Part shown: piece after piece, positions 49,571 to 58,100 of the stretch
How positions within the stretch are numbered: position 1 is the stretch's first letter
How the letters are laid out: each line of letters opens with the position of its first letter
Assembly: GCA_963841915.1 (NCBI GenBank)
Contig: CAWJEN010000005.1
Span: forward strand, 448,001-512,000
Direction: 5' to 3'
DNA: 64,000 nucleotides
Source of the DNA: an uncultured Planctomycetota bacterium
Lineage (GTDB): Bacteria; Planctomycetota; Phycisphaerae; Tepidisphaerales; Tepidisphaeraceae
Notes under the pieces: generated by a model
What the model was told of the DNA's origin: nothing
The model's input: the letters and a program-made list of their open reading frames with translations, nothing else
The model's database searches: none
Made by a program: the position numbers and the translations under genes

Positions 49571-50389
49571 TCATGTCGAGGGGCTGCTCTGCTTGCCCTT
49601 GACCTCGGGCGTGTTACTCAGGGTGGCGACAGCGGCTTTGAGACGCTTGACAGCCGCGTGATCCATCGCGTGGCCGGGGCGTTCGAGCGTCTCGATCAGG
49701 GTTTGCTCGTTGCAGATCAAAGCGTTGCCGCACCAGAGGGGCGTGACGTTTGGCTCCAACGCGGCATGAGGAACACACAGGACGCCGCGGATGAAGGGCG
49801 GGGCCTTGCCGTCGGTCGCGTTGATGCGGTCGCGGAGGCGGAGGGCCTGCTTGACGGCGTCGGCGGCCCATGGGTCGGGCGTGGGACGGTTGTTCAGCGA
49901 CAGGGCGTTGCCGCCGACCGTGAGCAGGCCGAGGTGGCTTTTGATGCTCACGACGAAGCAGCCGCCCGGCCCGATCACGACGACGTCGGCGTCGCCGAGG
50001 TCGCCCAGCGGGACGTTGCACCAGATGTGCCAGCCGCCGGTGCCGTTCAGGCCCTTGGGTTCGGCGATGAGTTGCGTCTGGAGCACGTACGCGACGAGCG
50101 CTTCGGCGTGTGCCCCGCGGAGGCGGCGGATGCGTTCCTGTTGAGGCACTTCCCACCGGCGTTCGGCACGCTTCATCAACCATGCGATGAGCAGGGTGAC
50201 CGCCAGTACACCCACCATGGCCAGGATCCACGCCCAGAGCGAAGAGCCACGGCCGAAGCCGACGGCGAAGCCGGACAGGAAGATCACGAGCATGAGTGCG
50301 ACGAGGCCGACGATCAGCTCGCGTTCGAGCTGCTTCCAGGCAGTTGACTTCACCCACTGGCCCGCCTTCTTCGTGTGGAGCGTCGCCAT
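49571..50389 (-). CDS. Membrane-anchored NERD nuclease-domain protein
   Basis: Two N-terminal TM helices, G..AE..V, N(V)...GDAD.VVIGPGG.FVVSIK, QA. Confidence 0.8.
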   Translation of the reverse strand: MATLHTKKAGQWVKSTAWKQLERELIVGLVALMLVIFLSGFAVGFGRGSSLWAWILAMVGVLAVTLLIAWLMKRAERRWEVPQQERIRRLRGAHAEALVAYVLQTQLIAEPKGLNGTGGWHIWCNVPLGDLGDADVVVIGPGGCFVVSIKSHLGLLTVGGNALSLNNRPTPDPWAADAVKQALRLRDRINATDGKAPPFIRGVLCVPHAALEPNVTPLWCGNALICNEQTLIETLERPGHAMDHAAVKRLKAAVATLSNTPEVKGKQSSPST

Positions 50390-50644
50390 GGTCTCTTGAC
50401 GGTAAGGGCATCGAATCGACGCGACTGAACGCGTGTGGCTCGGCGATAGCAGAACCAGTTCGACGATGACACGTCGGTCAAAGTCGGCGCTCGATGCGAC
50501 GAGGCGAACCTGTACGACAAAGTTGTTCGCTCGATACCTTTCAACGCCCCACAGCCAGACAGCGATCAAATCGCGCATTGATCGAAGGGGCAACAGTCGG
50601 CAGTTGACCCCGAACAGGCCCAAACTCAGGTCGATCCGCCGTAG

Positions 50645-50791
50645 AGCACCGCTTCACGGCCTCATGACGCGGCAGAACAGCCTCATTGCGCCGAAGAACA
50701 TCTCCGTTGCGTCGCGAAACGCCCTCGTTGCGCGGCGCTACAGCCTTGTTCCGTAGCTGAGACGCCGCGTCGTGCGGCGTCCTTGCTCCGG
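50645..50791. repeat. Degenerate 21-bp tandem array 1 (6-7 units)
   Basis: Units such as gacgcggcagaacagcctcat / tgcgccgaagaacatctccgt / tgcgtcgcgaaacgccctcgt / tgcgcggcgctacagccttgt; minus strand reads RNKAVAP-RNEGVSR-RNGDVLR-RNEAVLP-RHEAVKR. Confidence 0.8.
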
Positions 50792-51001
50792 TGACGGCGC
50801 GATAGGCGAGCTCTGGCGGGGTTTCCATATCGAGCAGTTAAGATCAGGGCTAGGAGGCGGCCGATGAGGGCGTCGGCCGCGCGGCGTCGCGTTGAGACGG
50901 CAGAGTCGCCCGGATACCCGGAGGTTCGTGTCGACGGCGTGGCAGCATCGGTCGCCCGCACCGGTCTCGGCGGCCACGATGACCTCCGGCGGTGTCTCCC
51001 G

Positions 51002-51268
51002 CATGCCCTTGGACGTTGGAAAGGTGCCCTTACGACTCAAAAACATACCCTTGGAACTCGGAAAGGTGCCTTTGCGACTTAGAAACATGTCCCTGGAAGT
51101 TGGAAGGGTGCCCCTACGACTGAGAAACATGCCCTTGGAAGTTGGAAGGGTGCCCTTACGACTCAGAAACATGTCTTTGTAAGTCAGAAGGGTACCTTTA
51201 TGACTCGGAAACATGCCCTGAGAAGTCAGAAACATACCCTTACAGAAACATACCCTTAGAACTTTCCA
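51002..51268. repeat. Degenerate 21-bp tandem array 2 with alternating A/B units (42-bp higher-order period)
   Basis: A = catgcccttggaagttggaag and B = ggtgcccttacgactcagaaa; 11 full units, one 16-bp truncated unit and one degenerate unit; lower GC than flanks. Confidence 0.92.
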
Positions 51269-51403
51269 GGGATTCCCTGACATCGTTGCCAGTCGACCAA
51301 CGGCCTTTGTATCGGAACCGGCTCGATCTGTGGCCCGCGTTCAAGGGACGCCGACCGCTGGTCGTCGTGTGGGCCATGGACGCGGAAGCGAGCGACGTCG
51401 TGC

Positions 51404-51436
51404 GGGGAGTGGGGAGCGGGGAGTGAGGGGGGAGGG
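51404..51436 (+). repeat. G-rich heptamer run (GGGGAGY)n, potential G-quadruplex
   Basis: GGGGAGT GGGGAGC GGGGAGT GAGGGGGGAGGG. Confidence 0.7.
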
Positions 51437-51630
51437 AACTGCTGCCGACGCAGCCGACAGTGAGGGAGCTGGCGGGGCGGGTGAACGCGACGGCGCGAAG
51501 CGGTCGAGCAGACGTGAAGGCAAGGGTCGAAGGAGGATGGAGCTTTGGAGCGACCAAAGCCCACCCTTCAGCTCGCTCTGCTCCTGCCCGATCCGTCCGG
51601 TTCGCCCGTTCGCGTTCTCCGGCCTGCGTC

Positions 51631-52828
51631 TCAGACCACGTCCGACAGGGGGACGACGGCCTGTTCCTTGGCTGACCTGGTCACGGCGGCGAGGACGCGT
51701 TGGGTTTCGTAAGCGTCGGCGAAGTCGGGCATCGGCACAACGGCCTTCTGACCGGCGATCAGGCTCGCCATGTCGGCGGCCTGGTTGACGAAGGAGTGCT
51801 CGTAGCCGATGTGGTGCGCGGTCGGCCAATAGGCGCTGGCGTACGGGTGGCCGGCGGCACCGTTGCTGACGTGGATCGTGCTCCAGCCCTGCACAGCGTC
51901 GTCGAGGGTGTTGTCATACCACTCGAGCTCGTTCATCCGCTCGAAGTTCCAGATCAGGGCGCCTTTCTCGCCGTGAATCTCGAGGCGGTTGTTGTTCTTG
52001 TGGCCGGTTGAGAGGCGGGTCGCTTCGAAGGTGGCGATCGCGCCGCCGGTGAGGCCTGCGGTGAAGAGGACGGCGTCGTCGACGGTGCTTTTGCCCGTTT
52101 TTTGGGAACCGCCAGAGCCTTTGCCGCTGATCTCGCCGCCGACGCCTTCGGGAATGGGGCGTTCTTCGATGAACGTTTTGAGTATTGCGCCGCCGACGGT
52201 TTCGAACTCGAGGCCGGTGACGAAGCGGGCGGCGTCGATGGAATGGGCGCAGAGGTCGCCGAGGCTTCCGCTGCCGGCGACGTCACCTTGAAACCGCCAG
52301 ACGAGCGGGGCGTCCGGGCCGCCCCAGTCCTGGAGGTAGAAGCCGCGGACGTGGTAGATGCGGCCGAGTTTGCCGCTTTTGACCAATTGGTGGGCAAAGG
52401 CGAGTGCCGGGCAGCGGCGGTAGTTGTACCAGACGAACGTTTGCCCCTTGGCTTTGGCGGCGGCGTCGCGCATTTCACGTGCGCCGTCGAGCGTGTTGGC
52501 CAGCGGCTTCTCGCAGGCGACGTGCCGCCCGGCTTCGAGAGCAGCGAGGCTCATGTCCCTGTGAACATGGTTGGGCGTGCCGATGTCGACCAGATCGATG
52601 TCCTCATTGGCGATGGCTGCCTTCCAATCGACGCTCGCGTTGTGCCATCCCCAACGTCTGCGGAAGGTCTCGAGCTCGTCGCGATCGCGGCCGCAGACGG
52701 TGTGCATGACAAACGGCCGCGGAAGGCTCAAAGAACCTGCCGGCCTGGCTGTAGGCGTTGGAGTGGGTGCGGCCCATGAACTTCTGGCCGATGAGACAGA
52801 CGTTGATGGGCTTGGCGTCGGCGGGCAT
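51631..52828 (-). pseudogene. Gfo/Idh/MocA oxidoreductase with a single +1 frameshift (pseudogene or sequencing error)
   Basis: N-terminus MPADAKPINVCLIGQKFMGRTHSNAY..RFF lies in a different frame from LPRPFVMH..CEKPLA..; removing one base near 52726 restores FFDLP/FFELP. Confidence 0.8.
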
Positions 52829-52927
52829 CGAAGCGTTATACAAGCAACCCGCACGGCCGTGCACGCTCGGGTTTCACACGCGGCTTCGTGCGGCCCGGCT
52901 TACTGTGCTGACGTGCGGCGAGCGAGG

Positions 52928-54418
52928 ATGCCCATCATCGCGGGGCTGTTGTCGCTCGTCTTCTTTCTGCCGGGGCTGACGTGGGGGCTGCCTTCGCGGA
53001 ACACGGACCGATACCTGTTCGGCGAGCGGACACCGTGGACTGGCAGGGAGCTTGTTGCCCTTGCCGGATCACTCGATGCCAACGCCGCAGCAGACGTTGA
53101 TCGTGCTACGGATGCCGGACGGTGGCTCAATGACACCGACGCAAAGCGGGCGGAGATCGTTATCAGGTATCGGCTTTACAGCCAACAACCCGATGAGATG
53201 CTCACGCTGCGCGCGGTTGCCTCGATGGCGGCGAGACGATCCACCGACCCGCAGTTTTACACCTACGGCGGCTTGTGGACCTATCCCGCAGCAGGGCTCA
53301 TCGGCGTCGCGTCGCTGCTCGACATCATCGAACGCGGCGACCTGGCGTTTTACCTCGATCAGCCGAGCGAGTTTGCCAAGATGTACGTCGTCATGCGGCT
53401 GTACGCAGCGGCGTGGGCGGCAATCGGGGCGGCACTGATGTACGTCATCGTGCGGCGGCTGACGCGACAGGCGTGGCTTGGTCTGGCGGCGGCCGTCACG
53501 TTTTCGCTATTACCGGCTATAAACATCGCGGCCCACGAGGCCAAGCCGCACTTGCCCGGTGCGGTGCTCGTGCTGGCGGCGGTCGCGGCGGCCGATGCGT
53601 ACCGACGACACGGGCGGACCAGACATCTACTGCTTGCCGGCGGACTTTCAGGGGCAGCGGCAGGCATGGTCGTGACCATGGCCGTCAGCTTCATCGTGCT
53701 GCCTGCTGCGTGGTGGATGCGAAGGCGTAAAACGCGGCCGGCGATGCTGGGCGTTGCTTGCGTGCTCAGCGTTGCCGTCTTCGTCGTGACGAATCCATTT
53801 GCAGTTCTGAACGCCACCGCCCTCGGCAGCAACGCCAGCAACACCGCCGACCACTACGTCATTGGCTTGAACGCTTTCGACGCGGCGATGGGGTTTTTGC
53901 TCTACGGAGGTATGTTTGTCGTACCGATCGGCGGCGTAGTGTTGCCGCCACTGTGGTTCATGCGTCGGCGGGTGCGGCCGATGCTGGTACTGCTCGGCCT
54001 GCCGTCGTTAGTGATGCTGGTGGCTTTTGCGGTGACCGCAGAAGGTCGGCCGCCCGATCATGTCAGGTTCGCGTTGCTGCCGATTTGCATGGCCATCATC
54101 GTGACGTACGCACTGATTCCGCTCCTGTCGCTAGCACGCGGCCGACTCATCGCGGTTGGTCTGCCGATCGTGTTGTTGGTGTTCTCGCTCGTCTCTGAAG
54201 ATCGATGGCTGAGCGAATTTGTAGCAAATGTTCGCTCGGGCGGCGTCAGGGCTGAGGTAGCCGACGCGCTGACCGAGTTGCCGGGTGGCGTACTGACGGT
54301 TCCGGCGACGCCGGCTCCTTACGTCGTTCCCGCCTTCGATCTTTGGGCGTGGCAAGCCACCAAAGGTGATGCGGCGCCGGACGCCACGATCTGGTTTCCC
54401 CCGAAGCATGGACGATGA
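52928..54418 (+). CDS. GT-C fold membrane glycosyltransferase (ArnT/PMT-like)
   Basis: PDE motif, P.FY.YG, R...A, H.AKP, many TM helices, R..LP. Confidence 0.75.
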   Translation: MPIIAGLLSLVFFLPGLTWGLPSRNTDRYLFGERTPWTGRELVALAGSLDANAAADVDRATDAGRWLNDTDAKRAEIVIRYRLYSQQPDEMLTLRAVASMAARRSTDPQFYTYGGLWTYPAAGLIGVASLLDIIERGDLAFYLDQPSEFAKMYVVMRLYAAAWAAIGAALMYVIVRRLTRQAWLGLAAAVTFSLLPAINIAAHEAKPHLPGAVLVLAAVAAADAYRRHGRTRHLLLAGGLSGAAAGMVVTMAVSFIVLPAAWWMRRRKTRPAMLGVACVLSVAVFVVTNPFAVLNATALGSNASNTADHYVIGLNAFDAAMGFLLYGGMFVVPIGGVVLPPLWFMRRRVRPMLVLLGLPSLVMLVAFAVTAEGRPPDHVRFALLPICMAIIVTYALIPLLSLARGRLIAVGLPIVLLVFSLVSEDRWLSEFVANVRSGGVRAEVADALTELPGGVLTVPATPAPYVVPAFDLWAWQATKGDAAPDATIWFPPKHGR

Positions 54419-54436
54419 GTTGGGCTAATCCGCCGA

Positions 54437-54597
54437 TTGAGCTGCGGGTCGATCCTGACTAGAACTAGAGACGGTCATCTTCAGGTATGGCGTGGGACCT
54501 GGTGCCACGGCTTGAGCCGCCTTGTGCGGCGGGCAAATCGTGCCACGTCTTACGGCGGGAATTCGGTCCGGCTTACCCGCAACAGAATGAGGCTCAA
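54437..54597 (+). ncRNA. ssrS: Probable 6S-like rod-shaped RNA
   Basis: Nested pairing TTGAGC/GCTCAA, TGCGGGT/ACCCGCA, GGCGTGG/CCACGTC, CACGGCTTG/CAAATCGTG and an apical hairpin, with a central bubble; -10-like GCTAAT just upstream. Confidence 0.55.
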
Positions 54598-54610
54598 AGC
54601 GGGGCCGCAA

Positions 54611-54653
54611 ACGACAACGGGTCACTCGCGGCTTGCGAGCGACCCGTTGTCGT
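54611..54653. terminator. Long hairpin between the RNA candidate and rpmB
   Basis: ACGACAACGGGTCACTCGC-ggctt-GCGAGCGACCCGTTGTCGT. Confidence 0.75.
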
Positions 54654-54705
54654 GGATCAGGTGGTGCGAGCGGGCACGCGGCCCGTCGCACCGAGGGTTG
54701 TGCGA

Positions 54706-54969
54706 TTACTCCTTCGCGTCGCCAGGACGCCATGTCCGCTTCTGCGGCTTGACGACAAGACCATTGCGGATGGCCTTGGCACTGGCGTAGACGCGGACGA
54801 CGCGGCCGTCGATGACAGCGCGGACCTTGTGCAGGTTCGGCTTGAACTTGCGCTTCGTGACGCCCGTGATCTTGGTGCCGACGCCGCCAAGGTACTTGGC
54901 CTTGCCGCGAAGCGTCATGCTGCGACCAATCTTCGTCTTCTTACCGGTAAAATGACACTGATAGGGCAT
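54706..54969 (-). CDS. rpmB: 50S ribosomal protein L28
   Basis: MPYQCHFTGK...RGKAKYLGGVG.K.TG.TKRKFKPNL. Confidence 0.95.
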   Translation of the reverse strand: MPYQCHFTGKKTKIGRSMTLRGKAKYLGGVGTKITGVTKRKFKPNLHKVRAVIDGRVVRVYASAKAIRNGLVVKPQKRTWRPGDAKE

Positions 54970-55118
54970 GGTCGTCTCAAGCGTGGCGGGGACACTAGGC
55001 GCGGCGGAGGTATTGTCGACAGTCGGATAGCAAATGGCCGTCGTTTCATCGTACGAGACGGGCCGGGGCGACTTGGCGTCGCCCCGGCCCAAGTTCCGCA
55101 CCCCAAAGTCAGGTGAAC

Positions 55119-58100
55119 TTAGTTGCCGCTCGGGGCGAGCAGCGGGAAGGTTTCCTGCTCGATCTCACGCTGGATGATGATCTTGGGACGAACCAGGATG
55201 AGCAGGACCTGCTCGTCCTTGGCACGCGACGTGTTGCTGAAGAGCCGCTTGAGGAACGGCACCTTCGACAGGATCGGCACGCCCGACTCAAGCTCGACCG
55301 AGCCGCTGATGGTCTGGCCGCCCAGCAGCAAGGTGCCGCCGTCGGGGACGCTGACGGTCGTGGCCAGCTGCGTGGTCTCGAAATCGACGAGCTGCAGGAA
55401 GCTGGGCGGTGAGGCACCGCCGAACGCACCGGTGATGATGCCGCCGTCACCGCCACCATCAACGCCGCCCTGGTTGTCGATGCCGCCAGTGACTTGGAAC
55501 GTCGTGATGCCGTTGATGCGTTGTAGCTGCGGTTCGAGTGTCAGCGTGACGTACCGACGGTCGGCACTGACCGTTGCTTGGACCGCCAGCAGAATGCCGT
55601 CCTGGATTTCCTCGATCTGCGGGTTGTAACCGACCACACCGGAGGCCACGACGGCCTCTAGCTCGGCCACGTACTGCTGACGACGCTGCACCGCCACATA
55701 CGCCTGCTGGCCGTTGAACAGCGTGATATTGGGTGCTGTGAGCGACTGCACGTCACGCCGCTGCTGGACGGCTTCGATCAGAATGTTGGCCTGGAAGTCG
55801 TCAAGGAATCCGCTGAACTGCGTGCTCAGGGCCTGCCCGGCCGCCGGATCAAACGAAGCACCGAGGTTGCCCGGAGCACCGGTGATGAGGCCGGTCGGGT
55901 TCGTAAACGAGTTGTTCGACTGGTTGACGGTGATTGGGCCGATGCCGGGGTTGCCGGGACCTGCCTGAGCGCCGTTGAAGTTGAAGCGGAAGTCGAAATC
56001 GACACCGATTCGCTCGAGGAAGTTGCGCTGCACGGTCAGGAAGCGGGTCTCGACGTTGACCTGGATGGCCCGCGTCTCACGCAGCTTGCTGAGGAGTTGG
56101 GTGACAGCACGCAGGTTTTCGCTGGTCTGCGTGATGACGAGCTGGCCGTTGAGTTCCGCGATGGCACCAATGGTGCCGCCGTTGGTCTTCCAGGAGTCGC
56201 TGGCGACGGTTTCGCGGATAAGGTCGATGATTTCTTCGATCAGCTCCTCGCGGTCCTGTTCGTTGTCACCGCCGCCACCACCTCCGCCGCCACCACCACC
56301 AAACCCACCACCTCCACCTCCGCCGCCACCACCGCCGAAGCCACCTCCGCCTCCGCCTCCGCCTCCGCCGCCAAATCCGCCGCCACCACCTCCGCCACCA
56401 CCGCCACCACCGCCTTGGCCGCCTATGTTGGCGTCCTCAGCGTCGAAGTCGGGGATCGGGACGATGAGGTCACGGATGTCGATGACCTGCGTCTGGACAT
56501 TCTTGCTGAGGTCCTCGACGGTGCTGATCGTGATGATGCCGTCATCGACGGTGTAGTCGAGCTGGGCGAATCCGCTGCCGAGCTGGTTGAGCGTCAGCTC
56601 GATGACCTTGCCCAGCGACACGTTTCCAGGCACGTTGAGCGAGACTTCTGCACCACGTTGAATGCCGAGCAGTTCGAGCTCCGCGTAGTTGACGAAGATG
56701 CCTGCACTGGTCGCGTTACGCAAGAAGTCGACCACGTCGTCGAAGGGCACCTGGTCGAACTCGACGGGCGTGCCGATGGGCGACTCGAGCTGGGCGATCA
56801 GGGCCGAGTCGGCCTCTTCAGCGCCACGCTCGTCACTGACGGTGCGATCACGGACGGCGACCAGGTCGGGCCAGTTCTCCGGGTAACGGAGAATATCGCT
56901 GTACGGGATTCGCTTTTCCTGGGCGTCGGTGAAGACGCTGGCCTTTTCGCGCCGCATGCCGAGGTAGTGCTGCCGCTGCCGCTTGAGCAGGGCCGCGTCC
57001 TCGATGAAGGGTCGCACGCCGATGGCGTAGTCGTTGTTCGGGTCGATCGTCAGGATCTGATTCAGCAGGGCCAGGGCGGCCTCGAACTTGCCGTCTTCGA
57101 TGGCCAGCTGCGAGTCGTCGATCAGGCGTTCGACAGTCGCTCGAGTCTCACGTTCGCGATCTTCTGCACGACGTCTTGCTTCGTCCTCCGCGCCACGCCG
57201 ATCCTCCTCACGCTGCCGTTCGGTGATATTCTGTCGCCGCTCGTCCAGGGTGCGGCTCAGCGTCTGGATCTGTGTATCGAACTGATTCCGCTCTTCGGCA
57301 CTGAAGATGAGCGGGTTGACATTCGCAGCCGTTCTGGCCTGCTGCAGGGCGATCTCGGCGTTGCTGAAGTCGTTGTTGGCCGTCGCGACGCGGGCGCTAC
57401 TGATGGCCTCGTTGAAGCGGAAGCGAATAAGCTGCCGTTGGGTCTCTCGGCCTTCCCGGAATTCGCCAAGGCCATTGCTCTCGACCTCCGGCGACCCCTC
57501 GATCGGATCAATCGTGTCTTCGAGCTGCGGGTTGAGCCGGCGGACCTCGCGGAACGCGGCGGCGGCTTCGGCCTCGTCGCCCTCGCGCTGAGCCGTCAGA
57601 CCACGATCAAGTTGGGCCAAGGCCTCACGACGGTCGGCCTCGCTGGCATCGGCGACGGGCGTCTCGGCACGGTCGGCCTCGCGGGCCAGACGCTGCTCCA
57701 CACGACGCAGCACATCGTCAATCGACTCTTCGAAAAGACCCGGCTGGTAGTCAGCGGCCTCGGCCTGCTCGAGCAGCTTTTTGGCCTCGACAAACTCCAT
57801 CGCCCGGTAGGCGGCCATGCCCTTGAGGTACGTCTCGCGAGCATCGCCCACCGCAACCTGCTCGGGGGCCGGACCGGCCGGCTCGACGACGGGCACTTCG
57901 GCAACTTCAATGGCTGGCACCTCGACCACCTCGGCTGCCTGATCGGAAGCAGCATTGCCCTCGGGCATCGCCGTCTCGCCCTCAATCACGACCACCTCGG
58001 CTGGTGCGCCGCCATCACGGGCACCTTCGAGCTGGCCGAGAATCACGATCGGCGACGGGCCAAAGGCACCGGCCTGGAAGCCCATCGCGTCGAGCGCCCG

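Noticed and set aside
50645..51268. CRISPR array or diversity-generating retroelement interpretation of the 21-bp arrays
   Set aside because: No unique spacers between identical repeats, no cas genes, no reverse transcriptase and no adenine-specific template/variable repeat pair
39900..51650. Prophage or integrative element call for the accessory block
   Set aside because: No integrase, transposase, phage structural genes, tRNA target or flanking direct repeats found by eye
54490..54580. Group II intron domain V/VI (GAGCCG..TGCGG-like text)
   Set aside because: The domain V pairing and catalytic-triad geometry do not fit, there is no intron body or maturase, and the rod-like fold explains the region better
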